64,000 nucleotides of DNA, from positions 60,884,001-60,948,000 of the forward strand of contig CM060733.1 of assembly GCA_030704615.1 (NCBI GenBank), written 5' to 3'. Positions within the stretch are counted from its first letter, which is position 1. Every line of letters starts with the position of its first letter. Origin of the DNA: Takakia lepidozioides. Its lineage: Eukaryota; Plantae; Bryophyta. Of this stretch, positions 1 to 12,116 are shown in pieces. The notes beneath the pieces were generated by a model, which had not been told where the DNA came from, did no database searches, and saw nothing but the letters and a program-made list of their open reading frames with translations. The translations under genes were made by a program, and so were the position numbers.

Positions 1-69
1 GCTCCTTGTCCCTTCCTCGTTTTCGCCACTTTGAAGCCGTTGTTTGTTCTTGTGGGGATTACTGTTGAA

Positions 70-525
70 ACAGACGCGAAAGAACTGGCATCCCATATGA
101 CAATTGCTTGCGCGACAATCTTTGAGATGAACTTGGTGGTGGTGTGGCAGTCCACACCCTTAGCTTCTTGATAATGTGGATAGATGTTCCAGGGGGAGGG
201 CTGACGAGTCCAAACATAAGGGCGAGTTTCTCACTGTTGTAGCTGCAGAGAAAACTCCTTTTGCTCCTCCAACATCATAGAAGCGGGCGTCAGGCATGTA
301 CCTGACCTCGTTAGTCCACTCAAAAGATATCTTCAGCTCAGCATGAATTTCTTCAATTTGTGGATGTCATCTCCCATGGCGAACATATGCATGCACCTGC
401 TTGTCCACCTCAATGTAGCTGCGCTCGTGCTCCTTTCTGACACCTCTGTTCACAATGAATTTTCTCACCTTTGCTTTATCATCCCATCTTCCAGCCGCAG
501 CATATATGTCCGACAGTAGCACAAG
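70..525 (-). pseudogene. Decayed E2/E+/DYW deaminase tail of the PPR gene
   Basis: Shifted frames read VLLSDIYAAAGRWD, GVRKEHERSYIEV (PG box altered), a stop, HPQIEEIHAEL, NSEKLALMFGLVSPPPGTSIHIIKKLRV, then after a frameshift DCHTTTKFISKIV. No terminal DYW tripeptide is visible. Confidence 0.85.
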
Positions 526-2311
526 CGTTGTCTGGATCCAACTTGAGAAGGCATTTTGCCGCACGTTCTGCTACGTCCACATTGCCATGAACTCTGCATG
601 CAGCAAGCAAGGCCCCCCATATCCCAACATCTGGTTGAATTGACATTTTGTTGATGAAGTCCTCTGCCTCCTCCAATTGCCCTACATGGCCAAACAGGTC
701 CACCATGCAGCCAAAATGTTCCACCGTAGGAGTCAGGCCATGATCTCGACTCATAATATCAAAGTAGTGACGGCCTTCATCAAGGAGGCCCACACGGCTA
801 CATGCAGAGAGTAGACATATAAACGTTACAGCATTTGGCTTCAAGCCTTCTTGATGCAGTTGTTCAAATAGTTCCAGGGCTTCCTTACCACACCCGTGTT
901 GGGCATATCCTGCTATCATTGCATTCCATGAAACCACATTTCGCTTAGACATATTGTCAAACGCTTTGCGGGCATCGCAGACACTTCCACATTTCGCATA
1001 CATGTCAACAAGGGTGTTCCCCAACATGACATCTGGAACAACTCCACTTTTGCTGATATCAGCATGGATCAGTTTGCCCATTTCCAAGGCCGCCAGGCTG
1101 GCACATGCATTGAGAACGCAAATGAATGTGACCTTGTTGGGTGTCACGCCTTCCCGGATCATTTGCTCATAGTTCTCAAACACCTTCGCAGAATACCCAT
1201 GTTGGGTGTACCCTGTGATCAGAGTGTTCCATGAGACCACATTTTGTTGAGCCATATTGTCAAATACTTGACGTGCATCCTTCATGCTCCCGCATTTGGC
1301 ATACATGTTAACAAGTGTGTTTTCCAATTTAATATATGACACAGTCCCAGCTTTGATGATGTCGGCATGGACCTCCTTGCCTTTTTGAAGAGCTCCTAGG
1401 CTGGAGCATGCATCCAGAACACAAAGGAATGTGATACTGTCAGGTGTCACGCCTGCCCATATCATTTGCTCATAGATCTGCAAAGCCTCCCTACCACACC
1501 GATTCTGAGCATATCCTGCAATCATGGCACTCCATGAGACCACACTTCGTTGGACCATATTGTCAAACACTTGCCGTGCATCCTTTAAGCTCCCGCATTT
1601 AGCATACATATTAAGAAGGGTATTCTCCAAATTAACATACGATGAAACTCCAGCTTTGATAATGTCAGCATGGACCTGTTTGCCCTTTTCAAGAGCTCCT
1701 AGGCTGGCACATGCATTTAGAATGCAAATGAATGTAATCCTGTCAGGGGTCACCCCTTCCCCTTGCATTTGCTCATATATCTTGAAAGCCTCCCTATCAC
1801 ACCCGTGCTTGGCATATCCTGCTATCATTATATTCCAGGTGAAGAGAACTCGTTCAGGCATTCTGTCGAAAACTTTGCGTGCCTCCAAAACACACCCGCA
1901 CTTGGCATACATGTTGACAAGGGTGTTGAGAAGAAAGATGTTTGGCTTGAATCCAGTGTGGATAATATGGGCATGCACCTGCTTTCCTTCTGCTAGACCT
2001 TTCATTTTGATGCACTCCTGCAAGAGAGAAACATAAGTATAGGAGTCCGCCCTAATGTGGTGTTGGTTCAAAATGTGCAGCGCCTCTTTCAATTGTCCTG
2101 CATTACATAGTGTTCTCACATCTTCAAAGGTGCCAGAAGAGTTTCTGTTGAAGCCCTCTCTTGGACTTTTAAAAGAAGTCTTTGCGATGGGGGTGCCTGA
2201 TTCAATCAACTGTGTCTGATTCAACGCTGCCATCCTGCATGACTCAAAACTCTTAGTTGCAACCTCTACACTAAAACTCCCATGATAAATTACTGCAGAA
2301 CAAAACTTCAC
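479..2311 (-). CDS. PLS-class pentatricopeptide repeat protein (organellar RNA-editing factor type), frameshifted in the E region; start may be ATG 2233 or an upstream exon
   Basis: 610-codon ORF of regular ~101-aa P-L-S triplets (VVSWNAMIAGYAQHG, ITFICILNACASLGALEKGK, NTLVNMYAKCG), then P2-L2-S2 and E motifs (VEHFGCMVDLFG, IWGALLAACRVHGN). Confidence 0.92.
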   Translation of the reverse strand: MKFCSAVIYHGSFSVEVATKSFESCRMAALNQTQLIESGTPIAKTSFKSPREGFNRNSSGTFEDVRTLCNAGQLKEALHILNQHHIRADSYTYVSLLQECIKMKGLAEGKQVHAHIIHTGFKPNIFLLNTLVNMYAKCGCVLEARKVFDRMPERVLFTWNIMIAGYAKHGCDREAFKIYEQMQGEGVTPDRITFICILNACASLGALEKGKQVHADIIKAGVSSYVNLENTLLNMYAKCGSLKDARQVFDNMVQRSVVSWSAMIAGYAQNRCGREALQIYEQMIWAGVTPDSITFLCVLDACSSLGALQKGKEVHADIIKAGTVSYIKLENTLVNMYAKCGSMKDARQVFDNMAQQNVVSWNTLITGYTQHGYSAKVFENYEQMIREGVTPNKVTFICVLNACASLAALEMGKLIHADISKSGVVPDVMLGNTLVDMYAKCGSVCDARKAFDNMSKRNVVSWNAMIAGYAQHGCGKEALELFEQLHQEGLKPNAVTFICLLSACSRVGLLDEGRHYFDIMSRDHGLTPTVEHFGCMVDLFGHVGQLEEAEDFINKMSIQPDVGIWGALLAACRVHGNVDVAERAAKCLLKLDPDNACATVGHICCGWKMG

Positions 2312-3674
2312 TGTCAGAAGAAAAAAGAATAAAAAACTGTACCAAGCCCATCTGTTTGAGTTGGAACCCTTAAATCATTGTCGGAACTTTACCTGGTGAA
2401 TACTCTGCCTGGGACTCCAGAGTGTACATCAACATCACAACGATCGTTGGAGTGTGCTGGACCTCGTACCATGCCAGATGGCTCTGCTCTCACCCGAGGA
2501 GGGTTGGGCCAACTCTCAATCCAAAGAATCTCGTTCATGAACTTAGGTCTGAAGGTGGGTACTTCTGGACTTTTCTGTGAGAAACATCAGTGGGAAGCCG
2601 CTGCATAGACAATCAAAAAACAACAAAGCTGCAAGAATATTTCAAAGAGCAGGGAACACCCTTGAACAGCTTCATTCCCACGCATCCCTCTTGCGCTGCT
2701 AGCCTGCCCTCATGCCACTCTCCCACTGATCTCTGCACAGTCTACCCTCTACACTTCAGAGCAGCCCTCTGTTTACGGGGGCTCATCCACCAGTGACCCC
2801 TCTGAGCGAAGAGTGGCATCGTGAAGCCGCAGGCTTCTTCCACGCCTCCTTTCGTTGAGAGAGCAGCAATAGCTAAGTTGGGTCACTTGTAACTTCCTCC
2901 CAATTTGGCCAGAAGCAATTGGGGGCAGGGGCGTTGGAAAGCTGTTTACGATCTTCCTGTTCCCTCACAGTTAGATTACCTCCATAAAGGTAGCTCCAGG
3001 GGATTCTCAACGGTTTCTTGTGGGCACTTGTTGTGATGAAATGTGGCCGTTGGTCACCAAATTATGAAGAAGCCGCTGGCGTGAATGTGCCACACCATTC
3101 CCACAACACTCTTGCGAGACTATTACTCCTTAGTAGAGTTTTTCTCTGCACATTCTGAGCTGGGTTTTGTCCGATCAACAATTGTATCTTACAAATATGA
3201 GAACGGATCTGACCTGTGCGCTCACTGGAGGATGTTGCGAGTTCAGGAGGATATCAGGAGGGGAGGGAAGACACCCATCATGGGAAGGATGTTGCAAGTT
3301 CCTCAATTCGGGTGTGTGAAGACAGCAGTTGTTGTCGATTTGCAAGTACAGGACAAGGGATTGGGACCTCGGACCTTTTACTGCCATGGGAAGGTAGAGT
3401 AAGCATGAGAGACATGGTGGGGTAGCTTTCGAATATACGAAAAGCAGTGCCAATTGGCCAGCTCTCAGGCTTCTCGAGTCCTGATTATTAGTATATGCGG
3501 GAGTGCTGGTGAAAATCTTTAGGACCCGAATTTGCTTTGTTTCTAGCTACACCTGCGATGTATAAGGAAAGATGCATGTGCATGGTTCTCTTCTACTTGA
3601 GGTACTCTAGCATCCGCAAGGGGAAGAAGCTGCTCTTGATTACGCTGATTTCGGCCGGCATCATCTCACCTCTC

Positions 3675-4657
3675 TCAGCTACTCCCGAGGTGCAGTCCCG
3701 CATCGCATCGGCTCGACGCAGGGGTAGCTGGCTTGGACAGAGTCTTGGGTTTTGGGGGAAGCTGGGGCGGCCGACTTGCCAAATACTTAGCTACACTCTT
3801 GGCCTTTTCTTGAGGGCTCCGCGTTGAGTTTCTTCCAGGTGGTGTAAGATTAGGGGAGACGTTGGGATCTGTGATGAAGGACTTGGTTCTGCCATGCCAT
3901 GGCGCATCTCGATGAGGATCAAGATCCTGCCCAGCCACTAAACCTTCGTGCAGTGTGGTTGGGAGTTTCGTTCTTTTTTCCTTTGCACTGCTAGCAGGGG
4001 GTGGTCGCCTGGACCCCTCGGGACCGCTTGTTCTTGGGCATCTTATATTTGCTAGAGCTACAGATCTAGAGATCCGGTATGGGCCGCGAGGTGTTTTCTT
4101 GTTACAACATGGGGTGTTCGCACGTCTGAGCTCCGAGGTCCTCGCTGCAAGTTCCCACAACTTCGCACTGTTAGACTTTTGGCCAACTCCTGCTGGCCAA
4201 ACTCTATACTACCCATTACCTTCTGCAGGCGGGGCTCAGCGAAATATCTCCTTGTACATAGAACTTCTTCAAGTCCTTCTAGTTCAATTCTTGCTTGGCT
4301 CGAAAATATCAAGCACCCAAGTGGAAGACATCAAAGTGAACTAGACATTCCACCATAATTACGATTAATGTGTCTGCTGCTTGAAAGAGCTAGAGTCTAG
4401 AGATGAGGTCTAGATGTTAAATTCTAGAGAATCTAAGTAGGATTCGGAAGGACCGAGAGGAAGACAAGTAAGATTACCAGAGTTGATCTGATCTCTCCAC
4501 CTTATGGTGTCCTCCCTTTTCGGACGCTCTGACCATTTGCAAGACTTGGCACAACTACGGTCACTCAAAGCTGGCGAGCCTGCGCCAGAGCTGCGATCTG
4601 TACTCATCGCTCCATTCTTTGACACGGCAGCACTTGACTTTCCAGCGCTGGAGGGCA
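3675..4657 (-). CDS. Probable exons (about 4476-4657 and 3675-4144) of an unknown Pro/Ser/Arg-rich protein with one SPNLTPP motif; paralog or 3' part of the 5209-6234 gene
   Basis: Encodes WHGRTKSFITDPNVSPNLTPPGR, matching the repeats in 5209-6234. A phase-compatible splice TCTG|gtaatc ... ttgcag|CGAGG joins ORFs 4410-4667 and 3675-4160. Confidence 0.55.
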
Positions 4658-5208
4658 CTGCAAGCATTGTAATTACGCCAGAGAGGCCTTGAAATTGTTA
4701 GTAGTTCAAGCGTTCAAACTCTAGTCTAGAAGCTCATTACTTAAAGCACCTCTTCGAGACTCCTTCTAGTACAAATCGCCAGGCTGATTTTTCCAACCAG
4801 GTGCCTCTCCCTCTCTAGATCCGGCAGCTAGATCTCCTCCCATCGGATGATTGAGTTAGCTACGGATATACAGATTCTCACTTTAAAAAAATCGTGTTCA
4901 AACGAGATCAAGTTGTATATAATTTATGTCACAGATTGATGTCACTGATCTCATATTGTCGTCTGGCAATGCACTGTCTTCTGGTCTCTTCCAATAGAAT
5001 CTAGTGTAACCCATGACCTCAGATCTGTATCTAGCGTGTGTACAGAACATGTTGATATAACGATTCAATGAAGTTCGTTTTTCAACTTAAAATCAAATTT
5101 CAGACAGAGGTTTTCTTTTGACGTTATTGACCAAAACCATGATCATCTAGCTCATGCCGATACGATTTAAGCTGTCACTTATCGCAGCTGGAATTAGTTA
5201 ACTTCAAC

Positions 5209-6234
5209 TTAGAGGGGACCTGAAGGTGGTGAGGAGATGGCGCATGGTGGGGATCCAGCTACTGCCTGAGGTTTTGGTGGGGAGCCAGCTACTGTCTGAG
5301 GCCTTGCAGGTACTGCTGTCTGAGGTCTCGCTTCAGCCGACTTGGCGGAGGGCCTGCGCATTCTACTAATGCTCTTGCCAATTGGAATTTTATCATCAGC
5401 TTGAGGTGTGATAGGCACGTACGTCATTGCTTCCCGGGCCCCCTCTCCATCGAGAGGCCTTCCAGGCGGAGTCAAATTGGGCGAGACTGCATAATCTGTG
5501 ATGTAAGATTTTGTTCTGCCCCAGTAAGTGTCTGAAGGTGGGACTTTAATCTTCAGAGTATGAGGGGGATAGTTCTTTCCCGTTTTCCCAATCGGTTCGC
5601 CTGGCGAAGGCCTCTTCTTCGGGGGTGGTGGGCTTCTGGGGGGCTCCTTGGAAGATTGTGTTTTGCTGGAGCGCGCAAGAGCACTCGCAATGGACTGCAA
5701 TTTACTTACCGATTGGCCTAGTGGAACCTGATCTTCACGTGATTTTGCAGGCCACATCATAGCATCTTTCGAGCCCCCTCCATCCATTGGCCTTGCTGGG
5801 GGCGTGAGGTTTGGAGAGACCGAAGGATCAGTTACATAAGACTTTGGTCTTCCCCAGAACATATCACCAGCGGGGTTCGACACTGGAGGAATGTATGCGC
5901 GCAGATGTTCTGATATATCCGTGGCCTCTCTCCCGTGCCAGTAATCTTTGTCAGGAGGATTTTGGCCACTGATGTACCGCATATATTCCGTTACATCGCA
6001 CCCTTCCCTTCCAAAGTAAGGATCAGGAGCGTTTTTCATAGAAGGGTGATATGAGTGTGGTGGCGGCGGAAGATGGTGCATCAGTGTCACATCCGCTCCT
6101 TTGTGGCCATAATGGAAATCACCGTGATGCTCTGTGTTCTTCGGTTTTCTATTCCAAGGGCAGAACAGTTGATGGTGCTTGTGGGGGTAATCAGAATAAT
6201 CTGTCTTTGTTCGAAGGATGTTTCTTTTACCCAT
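5209..6234 (-). CDS. Unknown 341-aa Pro-rich basic protein with internal repeats
   Basis: ATG-initiated ORF with a 5' UTR acceptor near 6283. Two ~60-aa repeats start FWGRPKSYVTDPSVSPNLTPPARPMDG and YWGRTKSYITDYAVSPNLTPPGRPLDG; they are conserved as protein while the codons differ. Confidence 0.75.
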   Translation of the reverse strand: MGKRNILRTKTDYSDYPHKHHQLFCPWNRKPKNTEHHGDFHYGHKGADVTLMHHLPPPPHSYHPSMKNAPDPYFGREGCDVTEYMRYISGQNPPDKDYWHGREATDISEHLRAYIPPVSNPAGDMFWGRPKSYVTDPSVSPNLTPPARPMDGGGSKDAMMWPAKSREDQVPLGQSVSKLQSIASALARSSKTQSSKEPPRSPPPPKKRPSPGEPIGKTGKNYPPHTLKIKVPPSDTYWGRTKSYITDYAVSPNLTPPGRPLDGEGAREAMTYVPITPQADDKIPIGKSISRMRRPSAKSAEARPQTAVPARPQTVAGSPPKPQAVAGSPPCAISSPPSGPL

Positions 6235-7612
6235 TCTGTACTAGTATTCAATGTCGCTACTAGGAATAGTGAGTCGTGACACCTGCGTGCAATACAACAC
6301 TTCTTTAATAATGCTCTTGCTCCAGTCCTGGCTCCCCCGACGATCTCTCACAAAGCAGGTCAGCCATTGATCTGGTACGAGTTGGAGAGATTATGGGAGG
6401 ACTGTTGGGGGCCCGTTGGTGCGAGGAGTCATCAGCAAGGAGGCACAGGGAGATACACTAGAGTAGAGCCACCCAGATGAGCAGTTCAATTTGGAATAAG
6501 ATTAGAGAAGAGCAGCTTCCACTCACTGCGCCGCCCACATATCCTAGAGAAGCGAAGCAGCAGCACAGAACCAACACAGAGATACGTCGACACAACACTG
6601 ACACATGGAAAAAGACAGAGAGAGCTACAGGTTTCCTCTAGAGCGTCGTGGACACTGAAGAGAGACAATTCTCCAGAGGGAAAAGGGGCAGAGTAGAGAG
6701 TGAGAGGCGAGGAAGAGACAGCGAGGGTGTAAGGCTAGCCGCCAGTTACTCGAGTGTGGGATGCGAAGCGGCAGCCGTGATTCCCTTATTCATCGCTCAA
6801 CTGTTCTTCATTCAAATCCACAGAGCCAAGGTAGATCGATGAATTCATCGCCAAACTGTTGGTGCTAAAGGTCAGAGTAACTGGCATCTATGCTCATTTA
6901 ACTGCTTTGGTGCGTCATGCTGGGTGTTTCTAGTTTCTAGCCTACACCAGATGGAAGTGCTCGCTCTCAAAGCTTGGGTCCAGCACTTGATCATCTCAAA
7001 TCCGATGGAATGAAGGAGTGAATCGAAGCTACCGACAGCCATGGAAGGACCTCCATGAGCAGAATTGTGGGCAGCTCTCATTTGAATTGCTTGATCCCTT
7101 CGTCATGCACAGAGAAGGCACGGCGAGTACAGGGGTAAGAGGACAAGGACGCGCTCTCAAACTACTCGCCTTATACTGAATATTCCACATGAGGGCATAT
7201 ATAATATGGCGTGTTCGACTAGACCTTGATGGTTACCGCAAAACAATATTCAAGCATTTTGTCTGCAAAGGCCTTCAACGCAGACCAGCACGGAACCTTT
7301 GTGCTGAAACCAACTGCACATATAGGAGATGGCCTGCTCTACTGCCACGAACTTCATTCAGCACTTGGTTCCTGTTGCTGCCTCAGTTGCAATATACCTC
7401 CTATGAATACATTGCTGAATCTCTAGAGGCTTGTAAAGATTGCATAAGGCATATCACTGGAGTATCAATGTACAAAACTTCCTACAATTGCGTGTCCTAT
7501 TCATCACATCCACTTTTGGCTGATCATGCAAAACATGTCTATTACAGAACCCCTCAATCTATAGATCTGCCCGCTTGACATGTAGACAGATGTCAAGCGC
7601 AGAGCTCCATAT

Positions 7613-7916
7613 GCTCTATAGAAGCTAATGAAACATACTGCCTTAAACAGAATTTTGACCTGGCACTGCTGATAAGTTGGCATGGTTGCAGCCACAGGTT
7701 CACTCGTTGCCGGCACCGGTCACCAGCCTCTGTGAACGAGGGACATGTAGCTTTATGTCTAAGCTTGACGCTCTATAGAAGCTATGAAACATACTGACTT
7801 AAGCAGAATATTGACCCGGCACTGCTGATAAGTTGGCATGGTTGCAGCCACAGGTGCACTCATTCCGGGCACCAGTCACCAGCCTCTGCGAACGACGGAC
7901 ATGTAGCTTTATGTCT
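7613..7916. repeat. Tandem duplication, 2 x ~157 bp, covering most of the GT47 last exon and the start of its 3' UTR
   Basis: 7613-7760 aligns with 7770-7916 with scattered substitutions. Confidence 0.9.
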
Positions 7917-10900
7917 TGAAGCTTGCCAGCGACCTGAGCCACCACATTTATCAATTCAAGTCAACAAGTCCCTTGTGCAAAGCACATAGCATCCCTACAT
8001 GTAATCTGCACCATAACAAGGGGGCAGAAATACCACTTACCATGCGCCATGTCAAATCTTCTGGACCCAGTGGCTGTGCTGGACTTGCATACTGGAAATG
8101 CTTTGTAAACTGCAAAATTTCCACCCCAACAAGGTCATACTCCAACACAATAAGCATCAAATAAAAGGTAATCAGGAAAAGACCACAAGTTCTGCATGAG
8201 CACTACCTGGGCTAGCTGAAGCTGCATGGCTGCAATGTCGTGTGCACTTATACTGTGAAGATGTGTCACCAACCATCCCTTTTGTACTGCCTGTGCTGCT
8301 GCAACAAACACCGCCACCTGCACCATTGTCTCTCCCCACCCCCGGTGCCATCATGGTTTTGTATGAATCCATGTCTCCCTCCCACTCTTTGGATCCACAG
8401 CAACACAATAGAGGAGTTCATCTGAAAGCATGGTGGCAAACGTTCTTGTCTTGATCAGTGCCCCCTCATCCCATGACTCCTATATGATGTTGATATCAAC
8501 CTACTAGCGACAGCATCATCCTGCCTTCCTACCTGTATGCTACGTTCTCCATGTTCGTCACAAGGGTTTTGGCCAACTTCCAAGTTGGTTCTCAGTCTCC
8601 TGGTCAAGAAAGAAGATGGAACAGGATACCTCCTGAGGATATCATCTCTGCAGTGCCACCAGCAAAGTGGAGACAACATCATTGCTTCTTTTAGTGGGCC
8701 TACCCACTCTGAAAATCCGGGGAAAATATTGGTGTCTTTCAGGGGCTGTTAGTTATGAGGACCTGTAATTAGCGGCTTCCCTGCATGAGGCAGTAGCACA
8801 ATGTGGTAGCACCACTGAGATTACAGAACAAATCAAAACTCAGACGTTACTTGAGGATGACCTAATACAGCCTCTGTATATCTTGACATGCCATGGTCAT
8901 TCTTCTCGTTCGGGAGCTGAGCAGGCAAGAGTTGAAGGACCACTTGCCTTACTGCTGCATATGGCTACAAGCAAGGTACTTGTCCAGGCTCTTTGAGCAC
9001 TCTGTCTAACTCTTGTATGAAGCTGTGAATATGACTTGACTTTGCAATGAAGGTAGCTCATATGGCTCTTGTACCACCTGCTCTAGGAAATGGGTGTGCT
9101 TTCTGTTAGGAGACAACCACCAACCCCTCCCGCTGGAGTACTGGAAATGTGTGTTAACTGATTCCCTTTGTGGTATAACTCCAAGTTCCTAGGGTAGTGT
9201 AGCCTTATCACATAAGATTCTGAGCTACCTGTTCCCTTGACACATAGGCTATCTCTTCGTAAGGGTGCTAACTGTTGGGTGAAGATCAACCCTCCCTCTG
9301 GAGTACAGGGCGAAATAGGTAAGGGTGTAAGGGTGCTTATTGCTACGTTAAATTGCTGAAATTACCTCTCTTCTCTTTGTTAGTATGAGAATAGACAGGG
9401 ATGACATCCATAACAAGCCTTAGGGGTTTCAGCCCTAGGGGTCCACAGGGATCATCAACCTGTTGGTTAGCTGTGACAGATTGTTGCCGGGATTGCTACA
9501 GAGGGCAAGAGACTGAGGGAAGTTAAGGTTTGGAGCTCTTTCAGGCTTTGGATGACGAAGTCTGAATGTGCTGTTTTTTCCAGATAAACCATCCCTGTGA
9601 ATTGCTTTGATACATGATGGAAAGATCTCAGAGCACATTGTGTTGTGTTGCCTTGTCCAGCATTAACATGCTATCTCTTTGGAGGGTTTCTAGGCTATGA
9701 CAAACAACGTCTTAACGAGTACATTCTCTTGGAAGGTTACTAGAAGTGCCAATCATATGTGTCAGAACAGGGGGGCCAAAGCAGCAGTGCACAGATGAAC
9801 GTTGCATTTCTACATATATATGCCAGCCCTTTATCAACACTCAATTCTCTAAGATAAGCGGTGGCTATGCGCGAGGGCCACCGCCATCCCGGTAGTTCTG
9901 CACGGTCTAACTTCAGGAGGGTTAATATTTCATGGGGATTACACCCTCAAAGGTGTATCATATCCAACCATGAAAGGAAAAATATCTTTCAAAGCTCTCT
10001 ACCAAGAAGACTGAGCAGAGCACAAAGCACTTCAGATTCAGGTTAGAACAGACACACCTTTCGGTAGTCAAGTATTCCTTCAAACGGAAGTTCCAGCTCA
10101 TCACTAACCACAACAGGAATGCAACCACTCACTATTGCATCAAATAGGCGAGCAGAAGATGGGGTGTCTCCTGCGGGACTCAGGCAGAAAACAGCCCTAC
10201 CCTCCTTGCACCCAAAACTAAGACCAATCAGCATCTTTTCAAATCACCAGATCAAAGAAACAACAACCAACATTCAGTTGGGGACAAATTTGAGAGAGTG
10301 TGGTGTACCTGCGCATTCCATTTTGAGCTGCCAGTTTGCCAATTTGCCCATTGGATCCCTCCTCAATTATCACATCAACCTCCTCATGTAAAACATCTGC
10401 TAGCTTGCTCCGCACCTTTCCACCCTGCCCCCATGATTTGGTCTTCAGCACAACCTGCCCCACTCAACTGGCTAGCACTACCCTAGGGTGCCAGGTGAAG
10501 AGCATGTGTACCGCATTGCGGATGGTTCGACCGCGAAAGAAGAGCAACGTCTTGCGCAGGGGTAAGGAGTGTGCCAGGCAATACGAATCACACGCCTCCA
10601 CATTTGGCACATATGGTAAGACCACATCCTTGTCGACTGACACTTCTCCTGCTTTGTACCTTGCCCCATGGCCATGCCCAGGTACCCATCTCTATCTTGT
10701 ACACGCTACCAAGCCTATGAATGATATTACAGAAAAGCTACAAAGGTGACCCCAATAGTGTACCATTGCCCATCATAAAGCCTCATGTTCACATGATCCA
10801 TAGTGTTTTGTGCAATGCTCCCAATCTTCACATGGTGATATTTGTGACAAGCTGGGACTGAAATCACTGAGAAAGTTGGGAAGGGATAGGAGAGGAACCA

Positions 10901-12116
10901 GTTGCCAGTAGAGTCAAGATCAGGCAGGAGCCAGATAGCAGTCTTGAGGAACCGGCGGTGTGACTTCATGGACCAGGGATGATGCAGTGCCAGCACATGG
11001 TCACGGCCTCCCGAGCGCTGCCATGCTGCCTGCCCTGTTATCCACTTCACTGCCTCCTGTCCTCCCTCCCTTCCTTGTCAATAATTCAGTTGCATGTGCT
11101 ATACTGCAGTAGCACAAAGCGAATTGATAAGCTTCAACCGCCCAGGATCTCCGACTACATAAGACTCACAGATTATCCCACCAACAATATTTGGCCAGCA
11201 CTGCCGGGCCTACTCCCTGCAGCATCTGAAAAGAATGCCTTCCTCTTGTCTCTTCTTATGCTAAATGTTCCGACCCATGAGCAAACTTCCGTTGGGAATA
11301 ACGTAATATACCTACCCGATACAGCTGCTTGCACCGGGGCCTGTCCAGGAGGAAGAATGGGATGGTTGTGAACATGGGAATGTAGAACACATCCGCCTGT
11401 GCAACCTCCCTCACTCGACGAACTGTTTTCACCCGCCGCTCAGACTCAGGTGCCATTAGATCCGAGTACAACCAGTAGTCCACGGAATGCTGCCAGAGCA
11501 TAATTCCACTAAGGGCCTCACTCTGCATAGACAATGCCACACATACGCGCACTTCCTATTGCCAGACACCGTGACGCTCAAAAAAATCTGCTATGGGGTA
11601 CTCTCCACCCTCATTCTGGACATACATGCCTGCCTTAGCCTCTTCCTCTAGAGCACCTCAAAACACGAAACAGCGAAACGTCTTGTAGTTACACACCTGT
11701 TCAATGAGGCGATGAACAGGGCTGCCATTTGAAGTGACATTCACGGTCTCCTCAAGCGATTTCTGAAACAGCCAAAGCAGATCAGTAGTGAACTTGGACG
11801 GCATCTCATACACATAAACATTCAATGGGAGTCTGAGCCCAATACGCAGCAGCATCTCATCTCTTTCCAACAAGGCTCGGTCCAGATTCGTCACGTCTTC
11901 CAAAGTAGCACGGTCTTGCACTGGTTTCTGATCCAGAGAGCCATCCTGAGCACGGCGTCCCTGATCTGCTAAAAACAGCTGCAGGGAGGGCAAAAACGAA
12001 TATTGTGTAGAAGGACTAAATGAGGCCCCGCCCCAATTCAAGGCCATCCAGAAGCAGCAAAGAGTAGCCAGCACCCAGGCAATCGCCCATCTCCTGCTAA
12101 AACCTCGTCTTGCCAT
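7799..12116 (-). CDS. Glycosyltransferase family 47 (exostosin-like, ARAD-related), about 9 exons
   Basis: N-terminal TM anchor; [82 protein letters not shown]; last exon [17 protein letters not shown]...CTCGC...stop at 7799. Exons join in frame at GT-AG introns. Confidence 0.93.

Noticed and set aside
954-2036. Plus-strand ORFs with repeated LPHLAY motifs
   Set aside because: Antisense reading of the PPR repeats.
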